A stretch of 64,000 bases of DNA, taken from the IMG/VR virus record IMGVR_UViG_3300035661_000010; one strand, written 5' to 3'. A model generated the notes under the pieces. That model worked only from the letters and a program-made list of their open reading frames with translations. It did not search any database and was not told where the DNA came from. The stretch's first letter is position 1, and each line of letters opens with the position of its first letter. The DNA is from a virus. This document shows positions 8,843 through 17,258 of this stretch, in pieces. Made by a program: the position numbers and the translations under genes.

Positions 8843-9126
8843 TGAAGAAGAAGGACCCGACATTGAAAGACGACAGTCCGGTCACCGACAAGCGGCTCGA
8901 CCTGATCATCGAGAACCCCATCGCAGCAGGACTCTCTGGTCTGCTACTGGCTCGTGAGATGAAGCGAGAGCGCGCACTGCTCAAGGCAGCAAAGGGAGTG
9001 GTTGCAGCGGCCGACTGGTACATCACGCTCGGCACGGATGCCAAGAAGCGAGACCTCGTACTCGCTCTGGAGGAGTACCGAAAAGCAGAGACCGTACATG
9101 CTGAAGGAAACAGGAGAGGACGATGA
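8842..9126 (+). CDS. hypothetical protein
   Basis: SD GGAGG; coupled. Confidence 0.65.
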   Translation: MKKKDPTLKDDSPVTDKRLDLIIENPIAAGLSGLLLAREMKRERALLKAAKGVVAAADWYITLGTDAKKRDLVLALEEYRKAETVHAEGNRRGR

Positions 9127-9389
9127 GCGCTCGGCACTCGAGTACTGACTGGAACCCGCGATACGTTTCGTACGCAAATGCTTGCGGGCACACGCCAGAA
9201 GAGCAGCTCGAAGAGGACCGCAGACGTTGGCCAGGAGGCGTCAACGCTGGATTCATGATCTGGATCGATCAAGGTATGCTTGCGTTTCTTGAACTCCGAA
9301 AGGACGTGGATAGAGACGTGATGTCAGAAAAAGACCATGCAGACTTCAGCACGTTCTTGTCTCAGTGGAAGGTCTGCACATGTTCGTGA
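9123..9389 (+). CDS. hypothetical protein
   Basis: SD; WNPRYVSYA...WPGG..GFMIWI. Confidence 0.65.
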   Translation: MSARHSSTDWNPRYVSYANACGHTPEEQLEEDRRRWPGGVNAGFMIWIDQGMLAFLELRKDVDRDVMSEKDHADFSTFLSQWKVCTCS

Positions 9390-9522
9390 AGCGAAAGCCG
9401 ATCGACAACAGCGCCAGCTTTCCAGAGCAAGTGCTCGTTGTTGCTTTGATCCTTCCGCCATACGTACTGATGAAGGGTCTGGCTTGGTTGTGGACGACGT
9501 ACGAAGAGAAAAGGAGAGGGAC

Positions 9523-10794
9523 ATGACGAAGAAGAAGGGTGAAGAGACGTACGAGGAGTGGCTGAAGCGCGTTGCTTCGGGAAACGGATCGACGTGGGAT
9601 CTCAGTGTGGAGAAGACAAGGGACCTTGCCTCGAAGGTGCTCTCGCTTCAGGCCAAGGTCGCCGAGCTCGAAAAGCTCCAGAATGGCTTGGTCACGTACG
9701 GCAACAAGTCTCGTGATCGGCGATGGCAGCTCGAGGACCAGGTCATGATCCTCGCAAACACGCTCGGAGCTATGCTCGTGAAGCTCGGCGTCGTAGTGAA
9801 CGACGTATCGTTCAACGGTCCGCAGCTGGTTGACATGGCTCGCGGCTACATCGACTCGATGGACCAGATGCCTCGTGGTGCCGGAAACGATCATGGGATG
9901 ACGCTCGACGAGCTCGTTGGAGTAGCAGAGTGCGTCGAGCAAGCTGCACCGTTCGACATCAACGGTCAGCCTCCGCACCCGCTCACGAGCCCGCACTACG
10001 AGGACTTGATGAAGTGCCGCGCCGTGCTCGATGAGATCGGCAAGATCGTCATCAAGGCCGATGCGAATCGACACGCATCGCTTGTGGACAACGTGCGCAT
10101 GATCGCAGGGCAACGAGACGACCGCGGAGCTGAGACCGTGGCTCTCGGTGCGCAGATCGATCGCCTGACCACTGAGCTGGAGAAGGCGCGTTCCGGATGC
10201 GCTCACTCGCCAGACGTCGACAAGAACACAGCTCTGATCGAAGCGCAGAAGGTCATCAACGATGCGAACAACGCGCTCATGGGGTGGAACCAAGATCCGC
10301 ACCACCAGGCAACGGCCCACCATGACACGCTCGACAAGGAGTACATGCGCGTGTGCCGCATGGTGCAGAAGGCGCATGACATCCTGTCCGGATACGTCAT
10401 GCGACGATTCGAAGGTGGGTCACCGCCCTTGGTTGCGATGCAGAACGGCGATACGCCAAAGCTTCCGATTGACCTGCCTTGTGGACGCTGCGGTGATACG
10501 CGCATCGATCCGGAGAACGATGGGCCGTGTGGAGAGTGCCGTAGCTATCCGCCACACCAGCGACGTCTTCTCGATATGATCACCGGATGGGGGCAGTACA
10601 TAGAGAAGTGCCTGGAGAACCGACGCGACATCCTTGCTCGTGATGGAACGTACGATGCGGAGTCGGAAAAGCTCCGTGACCTGTACCAGCTCGCAGGAAG
10701 TAGCTCGAACATGGACCAGTCGAAGGTCACCGGGCTCGTCATGTTTCAGGTGCTCCAGCTCTTGCTCAACGGGATCGAGCAGAAGAAGGCGTAA
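9523..10794 (+). CDS. coiled-coil hypothetical protein with CxxC pair
   Basis: SD AAGGAG; CGRC...CGEC. Confidence 0.75.
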   Translation: MTKKKGEETYEEWLKRVASGNGSTWDLSVEKTRDLASKVLSLQAKVAELEKLQNGLVTYGNKSRDRRWQLEDQVMILANTLGAMLVKLGVVVNDVSFNGPQLVDMARGYIDSMDQMPRGAGNDHGMTLDELVGVAECVEQAAPFDINGQPPHPLTSPHYEDLMKCRAVLDEIGKIVIKADANRHASLVDNVRMIAGQRDDRGAETVALGAQIDRLTTELEKARSGCAHSPDVDKNTALIEAQKVINDANNALMGWNQDPHHQATAHHDTLDKEYMRVCRMVQKAHDILSGYVMRRFEGGSPPLVAMQNGDTPKLPIDLPCGRCGDTRIDPENDGPCGECRSYPPHQRRLLDMITGWGQYIEKCLENRRDILARDGTYDAESEKLRDLYQLAGSSSNMDQSKVTGLVMFQVLQLLLNGIEQKKA

Positions 10795-10799
10795 CGAAG

Positions 10800-11072
10800 A
10801 TGGCGACGACGAAGAAGAACAGGAAGCCGAAGGCGAAACCTAGGACGAAGCCCGAGACGAAGCCTGAGGCCAAGTGGATCGATCCCAACGCCTGGGTCCT
10901 GATCAAGAAGGGCGACAAGTACCTGACCGGCTTCTCGGTAGAGGACCGGGTGGACTCCATGTCACCAGCGCCTCCGACCTGGGGCGGCGAAGAGGACGGT
11001 GTCGAATACAGGGCCGAGCAGGGTGTTCCGCTGGCCAAGTCTCTTGGTGCTGTGGCCGTGGAGGCGGAGTGA
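10800..11072 (+). CDS. hypothetical protein
   Basis: ORF with Lys/Pro-rich N-terminus. Confidence 0.6.
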   Translation: MATTKKNRKPKAKPRTKPETKPEAKWIDPNAWVLIKKGDKYLTGFSVEDRVDSMSPAPPTWGGEEDGVEYRAEQGVPLAKSLGAVAVEAE

Positions 11073-11139
11073 ACATGGGCAACGCAAAGAAGATCGATGA
11101 CCACGTCCTCCATGGTGTGCGACAGGTGATGGTGAATTG

Positions 11140-11439
11140 GTGAAGCTATCGCTTCTGGAACCCGTGCTTAGCTGGTCGCCGAGCCAGACGAGCTACACGC
11201 ACCAGCTTTCGTTCAACTGCCCAACGTGCGGACCTCCGTACAAGATCCTGGTGAACGTGGTTCTCGGCAACGACCTGTCGAAACGACCCGACGCAGCATG
11301 GCTGCTTACGTTCGGAAACCCAACAGACTGGAACTCGGCGTCGGTGGTCCCATCGATCGTGAACCACAACCATGGACGGAAGAAGAAGTGCTCGTTCCAC
11401 GGGACGATCACAAGCGGAGAGGTCACGTTCGAGACATGA
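11140..11439 (+). CDS. DUF6527-like Cys/His protein
   Basis: FNCPTCG...W...SVVPSI...CSFHGTITSGEV. Confidence 0.55.
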   Translation: MKLSLLEPVLSWSPSQTSYTHQLSFNCPTCGPPYKILVNVVLGNDLSKRPDAAWLLTFGNPTDWNSASVVPSIVNHNHGRKKKCSFHGTITSGEVTFET

Positions 11440-11933
11440 AGATCCTCAGCGTCAGGCAGCCGTGGACGTGGGCCCTGGTCTACGCGGGCAAGGACATCGA
11501 AAACCGTACCTGGTACGCGGACTACCGCGGTCCAGTAGCTCTGCACGCGGGCAAGACGATGACCAAAGACTCGGTGCGCCAAGCCATGTTCACGTTCAAC
11601 ATGGCCGAAGTGGGCCACTTCCACGTTTCGAAGTGCGAAAGGGGCGGCATCATCGGCTGGGCTCAGATCACGGGATGCCAGAAGAACGGAGCGCCTGGAT
11701 CTCGAAAAAGTGTGTGGGCGGTCGCTGGATGTTACGGTTTCCATATCGAGAGACCGAAGCCACTGCCGTTCATAGAAACGCTCGGCAGCCTCGGTCTCTG
11801 CGAGCTCTCGAAAGAGAGGTTCGGTGAGATGGTAAGGGAGGAGGAAGAGCGCCGATGTCGGAGCCCGTTGATGAGACCACCGTTCACGAGCATGGAGCTG
11901 GCTCAGATCCAGAATGTGATGGCGGCGTTCTAG
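11436..11933 (+). CDS. ASCH domain protein
   Basis: MKILSVRQPW...GKDIENRTW..YRGPVALHAGK. Confidence 0.9.
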   Translation: MKILSVRQPWTWALVYAGKDIENRTWYADYRGPVALHAGKTMTKDSVRQAMFTFNMAEVGHFHVSKCERGGIIGWAQITGCQKNGAPGSRKSVWAVAGCYGFHIERPKPLPFIETLGSLGLCELSKERFGEMVREEEERRCRSPLMRPPFTSMELAQIQNVMAAF

Positions 11934-12295
11934 GAGAACTGTACTCGTCGCCTGGAGACATCGGAGAGCACCTCGCTGATTTGTATCAGCCGCCCCCGAC
12001 AGCGGTCCGCAAGTACAACATCGGGTCGGTCGTCGAAACGCCATTCGGAGAGACGGTGTACGACCATCATGCTGCGCACTATCGCCGCGGGTGCGAGGGG
12101 TGCGACGTTCTCTGCGTGCGCGACCAGAACAGAATCGAGTCAGGGTCCACGAACCCATCTCCGCAAGCACTTGCGAAGCAGGGTGCGGAGCCAGATCCCA
12201 GGTGGAGCACGCGACGATCTCCCATGGTCACCATGGTGACGTTGGCAACGGTCGCTCTCGCTGTTGGCGCCCTCATCGGTGCGAAAAAGCTATGA
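11855..12295 (+). CDS. hypothetical protein with C-terminal TM helix
   Basis: purine-rich SD; overlaps the ASCH gene end. Confidence 0.55.
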   Translation: MSEPVDETTVHEHGAGSDPECDGGVLGELYSSPGDIGEHLADLYQPPPTAVRKYNIGSVVETPFGETVYDHHAAHYRRGCEGCDVLCVRDQNRIESGSTNPSPQALAKQGAEPDPRWSTRRSPMVTMVTLATVALAVGALIGAKKL

Positions 12296-12567
12296 GCGAA
12301 GACGACATCCCGACGTGCCCGAGCTTCCGTCCATGCGAGCACAAGGAATGGAGCGAGTACTGGTGTAAGAACTGCGGCATCCTGAGAAAGGCGTGGTTCT
12401 CGCCAGAGGCCGACGAGAAGTATCCGATCGGCTTCATGTCGCCGTTCCAGAACGAAAAGACATGCTACCTACGCATCAGCGAAGCGGAGGACATGGTCGA
12501 AGCTCTCCAGAAGGCGGTCGCAGAGGCGAAAGCAGCCGAAGAGCGCAAGAAACAGAGCCTCCCATGA
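12292..12567 (+). CDS. Cys-rich hypothetical protein
   Basis: ATGA coupling. Confidence 0.6.
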   Translation: MSEDDIPTCPSFRPCEHKEWSEYWCKNCGILRKAWFSPEADEKYPIGFMSPFQNEKTCYLRISEAEDMVEALQKAVAEAKAAEERKKQSLP

Positions 12568-12890
12568 CAGCGTCTGCCGTCCTGAGTCAGTCTATCGGAG
12601 TTGCCATCGCAGAGCAGCCGATCATCCGCACCGAAGGTCCTCCAGCGAGGTTCGGAGGAGCGAAGGTGGTCGGCTGCTTTCTTTTTGTGGCGCTACCAGG
12701 CGGCCGCTACGAGGTCTGGAACTCGGTCATCAGGGCGACCTTCTGGACGTACAGCTCCAGTTGGGACGAGCTGGAGAGGGAGTACCTTCGGCAGTCGGAG
12801 TCGTGGATGAAGAAGGCCGAGAACAAGAAGGTGCAGGGCTCGGCTTGGAGGAAGAACAACTTTGGTCCACCGAAGCAGGCTGCCGAGTAG
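12564..12890 (+). CDS. hypothetical protein
   Basis: ATGA coupling. Confidence 0.6.
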   Translation: MTASAVLSQSIGVAIAEQPIIRTEGPPARFGGAKVVGCFLFVALPGGRYEVWNSVIRATFWTYSSSWDELEREYLRQSESWMKKAENKKVQGSAWRKNNFGPPKQAAE

Positions 12891-12895
12891 CCGTT

Positions 12896-13321
12896 ATGAC
12901 CATCCTCGCCTCAGAAGACAGGGTCCAGGTCCTGTACCTCGAAGACGACAAAGACGCGCGCGAGCTCGTTGTCGAAGTGCTCGAGAAAGAGGGCTACGAC
13001 GTCTGGATCGCCAACGACGTCGGTGCTGCGCTCGGGCTCCTCGCTAATGAATGGAAGCCGGATCTGATCTTGATGGATCAGGGCATGCCGTACCTGGTCG
13101 AATTCGGCATACACATGGAGAGGATCGAACAAGAGGCCCGCCGCCGCATCCCGACCATCGTGCTCGAAGTGTTTCCGAACAAGGTGACGCGAGTCGAGTC
13201 AGATGGCCGCGTTCAGAAGCCGTTTCGGATGGCCATGTTGCTCATGGAGATCGAACGAGTCTTCAGAGACGCGAAAGCTGGCGCTGTCACGGTACGGCCG
13301 AGTACATTGAAATCAACCTGA
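12896..13321 (+). CDS. stand-alone response regulator receiver domain
   Basis: VLYLEDD, PDLILMDQGMP (phospho-Asp), QKPF. Confidence 0.85.
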   Translation: MTILASEDRVQVLYLEDDKDARELVVEVLEKEGYDVWIANDVGAALGLLANEWKPDLILMDQGMPYLVEFGIHMERIEQEARRRIPTIVLEVFPNKVTRVESDGRVQKPFRMAMLLMEIERVFRDAKAGAVTVRPSTLKST

Positions 13322-13329
13322 GGCGAGTC

Positions 13330-13486
13330 ATGAAGAAGTTCTTGTGAATATGCATCCAGCCTGATCCTGGTCATCGGTGCGCTCTTCGGGTGCCCGCCAC
13401 GACCCAGGTACGTTGACGGAGTCGGCTGGTGGCCACGCCAGGTAGACGAAGAGGAAGGTTGGGTGATCGACCTGATCCACGAGTAG
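13330..13486 (+). CDS. small lipoprotein requiring a +1 shift at TGAA 13345-13348 (or a pseudogene)
   Basis: GAGG-N6-ATG AAG AAG TTC TTG TGAA TAT GCA... gives MKKFL-x-YASSLILVIGALFGCPPRP...DLIHE*. Confidence 0.6.
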
Positions 13487-13495
13487 TCGCAGCAT

Positions 13496-13569
13496 CCGTG
13501 CTTAGCTCAGTTGGAAGAGCAGCCGAACTTCAAGTCGGTCTGTCACGGGTTCGAGTCCCGTAGCGCGGT
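13496..13569 (+). tRNA. tRNA with 8-nt anticodon loop ACUUCAAG (UCA or quadruplet UUCA); CCA not encoded
   Basis: acceptor CCGTGCT/AGCGCGG; D arm GCTC-AGTTGGAA-GAGC; anticodon stem GCCGA/TCGGT; variable loop CTGTC; T arm ACGGG-TTCGAGT-CCCGT; U73. Confidence 0.9.
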
Positions 13570-13585
13570 CGAAGGAGAAAGCATC

Positions 13586-13843
13586 ATGTCGATAAAAGAG
13601 TTACGCGAGTCGGCGGAGAAGGTTCTTCAAGAGAGCCTGAAGACGGAGGCGCCTGGTCGTGGGCCCAAAGGCAGAGACAGCCACGATTACGAAGAAGTCG
13701 TCGACCAGTTTCGTGACGCCATCGTTCGTGTGGCGAACGAGGTCGCGAGGGACTATGGACAAGGTTCGTTTTCGAAGCAGAGTCTTCCTCACCTCACCGA
13801 GTTGTGTGAGTTCATCGCAACCAAGTGCGTCCAGGGTTCGTAG
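13586..13843 (+). CDS. leader-bearing hypothetical protein
   Basis: SD AAGGAG; MSIKELRESAEKVLQES. Confidence 0.75.
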   Translation: MSIKELRESAEKVLQESLKTEAPGRGPKGRDSHDYEEVVDQFRDAIVRVANEVARDYGQGSFSKQSLPHLTELCEFIATKCVQGS

Positions 13844-13896
13844 AAAAGGTTCGCCTGCTCTACGCGGCAACGAAGTCGCAGAAGGCAGAAGGCATC

Positions 13897-14286
13897 ATGG
13901 AAAGAGCGTTCAAGATCGGTTGCAGGGTCATCTTCTTCGACAGCCACCGAAAGGCACACGAGGCGATCGTCACGAACTGGTTCCACGGAGGACCGGACGG
14001 ACAGACCGTCAAGGAGCTTCAGGACATCCACGACAAGCGGAACGCGGCGAACCCGCCCGAACGCCGCTGGCCGATGAACATGCCCTGCTGCAACGTCGTG
14101 TACGTTTCGAGCGACACGTCGGAGACCGACTCCTACGGCCGGCAGATGAAACGCCAGACCTCTTGTTCGTACGGTCGTCAGCAAGGTCCCACGGGTTTCC
14201 TGGGGATGTGCTGGGCCTGGCCGGATGAGGAAGAGGAAGCGAAGGCGCTCGCAGCCAAGTCGTTCGACGAGGCGGTGGCGCGCTAG
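13897..14286 (+). CDS. hypothetical protein
   Basis: ORF with weak SD. Confidence 0.65.
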   Translation: MERAFKIGCRVIFFDSHRKAHEAIVTNWFHGGPDGQTVKELQDIHDKRNAANPPERRWPMNMPCCNVVYVSSDTSETDSYGRQMKRQTSCSYGRQQGPTGFLGMCWAWPDEEEEAKALAAKSFDEAVAR

Positions 14287-14375
14287 GTCTGACCAGAACC
14301 CAAGCGGAACCTTGAGTGGGACCGTACAGCTTGGTTTCGATGCCGCGTAGAGAAGACGAACCAGAGGAGTCAATC

Positions 14376-14801
14376 ATGTCGTTGAAAGAGCTTCGTGCGA
14401 TGAGCGAGTCTGTGATGGGTGAGAGCCGTCTCGAAGAGGCGTTCCGGTTCACAGCCAACGGCAAAGCGTACGAGGGCTTTGGGAAGGGCAAGCTCACCGC
14501 GCACATGGACGGACCTGTTGTTGGCGAGATTCAGATCGGAAAGGAGACCGTTCGTATTCGTTCTGATTGGCAGCCGGATTCACAGACGGTCGCCGAGTTG
14601 AAGAAAGCGAACCACGGAAAGGTGCCTCAAGAGATCGAGATCACGTTCCATGGACCGAACTTGCCGATGGACAGTCCCAAGAGCGTCAGGGAGCTGGAAG
14701 GGTTCTTGAAGGGAGAGTTCGATCTCTGGGGCGACATGAAGGCGATCAACATCGGCTCCGCCACCATCGAGCGCAACTTCACTGTGACGGTAAAGAAGTG
14801 A
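14376..14801 (+). CDS. leader-bearing hypothetical protein
   Basis: SD GAGGAG; MSLKELRAMSESVMGES. Confidence 0.75.
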   Translation: MSLKELRAMSESVMGESRLEEAFRFTANGKAYEGFGKGKLTAHMDGPVVGEIQIGKETVRIRSDWQPDSQTVAELKKANHGKVPQEIEITFHGPNLPMDSPKSVRELEGFLKGEFDLWGDMKAINIGSATIERNFTVTVKK

Positions 14802-14899
14802 CTCCCGACGAGCTCGCCAAGAAGATGGGACCGTGGGCGAACCAGCTTGTATGGCTACCCGGTGTACCTGGTGGGCTCGGCTCGCTGTGTGAGAGATAA
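14798..14899 (+). pseudogene. possible nucleotidyltransferase remnant
   Basis: +1 frame holds YGYPVYLVGSA, with no DxD motif following. Confidence 0.35.
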
Positions 14900-14909
14900 G
14901 GAGCAAGTC

Positions 14910-15092
14910 ATGGACACGAACAAGGTCAAGTACGGCATCATCATCTTCGGCGTGGCGCTCTTTGTCTTCTGTCTCAGCGCTCTCGTCTGGTCCCTGTTCC
15001 GAAAGCCGGTGACCGATGGCCCGATGCCGGAGCCGTGGCCCACCGCTCGAGAAGGCGTGACGGTGACCGAGTCCGATGGGGGTCGTCGATGA
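14910..15092 (+). CDS. small membrane protein
   Basis: SD TAAGGAG; TM helix. Confidence 0.7.
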   Translation: MDTNKVKYGIIIFGVALFVFCLSALVWSLFRKPVTDGPMPEPWPTAREGVTVTESDGGRR

Positions 15093-15301
15093 GCCTCGCA
15101 GATCTGCGCCGACTCGAAGAGAGCGTGCTGGGTGAAGCCTCGATGAAGGTCGGAGACTGGACGTTTCCGTACAAGAGGCCTAGCGGAACGAAGGCTGCTC
15201 AGATCAAGAAGATCGAGAAGGACATCGCCTACCTGTCCGATGGCAGCTCGATGCACATCAGCTACGCGAAGCCCGTGAAGAAGGGCGACGTGGCTGACTG
15301 A
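15089..15301 (+). CDS. leader-bearing hypothetical protein
   Basis: MSLADLRRLEESVLGEA; ATGA coupling. Confidence 0.7.
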   Translation: MSLADLRRLEESVLGEASMKVGDWTFPYKRPSGTKAAQIKKIEKDIAYLSDGSSMHISYAKPVKKGDVAD

Positions 15302-15325
15302 CGTCAGTCGGTGTAGAACTAGAGA

Positions 15326-16123
15326 ATGTCAGTGGCCCCGGTTCTAGGCTCAATCGCGCGAGGTCAGTCACGACCTCGCAAGCATCCGATGATCCGGCAG
15401 TCGCAGAACATCACCATGCGCAAGGTGGAGGCGCTGCCGTGCTTTCTGGAGGTGCGCCGGCGCCTGCGACAGGGAGAGCCAGCGCTCACCCTGGCTCGCG
15501 AGCTTCAGAGCCGAGGCTTCATGACCGATGTCGCACTCGATGCGGTGCGCATAAGGCTCGGAACCTACCGTCGCCTGAAGCTCCAGAACGCGGCTATCAT
15601 CGCTCTGCATGCGCCGAAGTCGGTGCAGGAAAAGTTGAAGGGACTCGAAATGGCCTTGGACGAGCTGGTGGAGATGGAGGAGATGTTCAAGCTCCAGAAG
15701 GAGCGCATCAGGGCCTTCCGCGAGACGGAGAAGGCGATGCCCATCCCGATCAAGCAGATCGACGACAGCATGCGTGTCGCTCTGGAGATCGTCGGCGCCC
15801 ATGCAGAACTGCGCATGGAGCTCGGCGAACTCGATCGCGCACCGACGAAGGTGGATCTGAACGTCGACACCAAGACCATGATGTTGGTGGAGAACCGCTA
15901 CGGCAAAGAGTCGCTTCAGCGCGTGCTCGCCGATCCGAAGAAGCGTTCCAAGGTGGCTGGCATCGTCGAGAAGCTGCTCATGAACCCGCGTCTACAGTCG
16001 AGCGCCCTGTCTGCCCTCGAAGGCATCCACGCTCCCGCAGCGACGGTGGTGTCGGCGGACGATGACGATGTCGTCGATGCTCCGCAAGCGATTGCAGAAC
16101 CGCCAGCGCAGCCAGAGAAGTAA
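15326..16123 (+). CDS. helical DNA-binding protein, candidate terminase small subunit
   Basis: basic HTH-like N-terminus, two long helices, then KVDLNV strand; architecture only. Confidence 0.4.
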   Translation: MSVAPVLGSIARGQSRPRKHPMIRQSQNITMRKVEALPCFLEVRRRLRQGEPALTLARELQSRGFMTDVALDAVRIRLGTYRRLKLQNAAIIALHAPKSVQEKLKGLEMALDELVEMEEMFKLQKERIRAFRETEKAMPIPIKQIDDSMRVALEIVGAHAELRMELGELDRAPTKVDLNVDTKTMMLVENRYGKESLQRVLADPKKRSKVAGIVEKLLMNPRLQSSALSALEGIHAPAATVVSADDDDVVDAPQAIAEPPAQPEK

Positions 16124-16181
16124 AGCTACCCGGTATCCGTAGATCACTTGTGACTGTGGCGAAATCGTCCATGCTCGACCC

Positions 16182-16448
16182 ATGGCTGACGACAAGACCA
16201 GGTTCAAGGGGACATCGCTGCCGAAGTCCATGCGGCGTGAGGCGAAAAAGGAGATGAGCCGGCTCGGTGAAGAGCTAGTGGTTCGAGCCGAGATGGCTCG
16301 CATCTGGGCCTCTCTCAACGTCATGGTCGAGCAAAATGTGAATGCAGGCGGCCTCAAGGCCGACAGACAGCTGTTGATGAAGAAGGCTCAGTCCACGTTT
16401 GTGGATGCAGGAGAGCGCCTCTTCGAGCTGCTACGAAAACAAAGCTGA
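16182..16448 (+). CDS. hypothetical protein
   Basis: ORF ending just before a terminator. Confidence 0.6.
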   Translation: MADDKTRFKGTSLPKSMRREAKKEMSRLGEELVVRAEMARIWASLNVMVEQNVNAGGLKADRQLLMKKAQSTFVDAGERLFELLRKQS

Positions 16449-16456
16449 TGCACCAG

Positions 16457-16494
16457 ACCCCGCTCGTCCCTTGGGATGCGCGGGGTTTTCTTTT
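16457..16494 (+). terminator. intrinsic terminator
   Basis: ACCCCGC...GCGGGGT stem + TTTCTTTT. Confidence 0.8.
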
Positions 16495-16514
16495 GTGCCT
16501 GTTATGGTGCCAGT

Positions 16515-17258
16515 GTGAGCGACGACAAGATCATCAGCCTGACGAAGCGAATCCAGGACAAGAAACTGGAGAAAGCACCTCCGTCCGCTGTGCATACGGA
16601 CAAGGAGGTGGACGACGACAGGCTGCCAAAGGTGCTGACAGGATTTGGTCAGAAGATCGATCTCGTCGAGGAGCGAAAGAAGCGTCGCAAGGAGTCGAAG
16701 ACAGAGATCGTGGGCGAACCAGATGGACGCGTCCGAATCAGCGGTCGCTGCAAAGAGCCGCACTCGGACAACGAGTTTGAGTGGAGGTTCGACGAACAAC
16801 AGCTGCGCGACTTCATCAGCAGGCTGTACCATGCCTCTGAGGTCGCGAAGTACAAGAGGGCGCTCGTGGGTAGGGCCGAGTTTCGGCTGATCATCGCTGG
16901 CTCCAGAAACCTGTCGAGGAACGAGGTCGGCCACCACCTCGTCTCGGACATGCTCAGGGAGTCGGGCTTCGTTCCGACGATGATCCTGTGCGGCGAATGC
17001 AAGGGACCGGACCACTGGGGTGCGGAATGGGCCGCGCAGAGCCACCTCGAAGTGAAGCACTACCCGGTCGCGAAGGGACCGCGTCGCAACTACGTCTTCA
17101 GGAACGAAGCGATGGCCGTCTACGCACACGGACTGCTGGCCATCTGGGATGGTAAAAGCGCTGGAACCAAGGACATGATCGAGCGCGCGATCTCGAAGAA
17201 GCTCCGCACGTTCGTTTACAGAACAGATCTGAAGAAAGGGTACTGGGCACATGAGTGA
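16515..17258 (+). CDS. SLOG (YspA/DUF2493-like) domain protein with N-terminal extension
   Basis: LIIAGSR...GECKGPD...RNEAMA...AIWDGKSAGTKDMI. Confidence 0.8.
   Translation: MSDDKIISLTKRIQDKKLEKAPPSAVHTDKEVDDDRLPKVLTGFGQKIDLVEERKKRRKESKTEIVGEPDGRVRISGRCKEPHSDNEFEWRFDEQQLRDFISRLYHASEVAKYKRALVGRAEFRLIIAGSRNLSRNEVGHHLVSDMLRESGFVPTMILCGECKGPDHWGAEWAAQSHLEVKHYPVAKGPRRNYVFRNEAMAVYAHGLLAIWDGKSAGTKDMIERAISKKLRTFVYRTDLKKGYWAHE

Noticed and set aside
13496-13569. Selenocysteine tRNA
   Set aside because: 7-bp acceptor, 4-bp D stem and short variable loop do not fit tRNA-Sec.
13511-13585. 5' extension of ORF 13511..13843
   Set aside because: Overlaps the tRNA; the SD supports a start at 13586.
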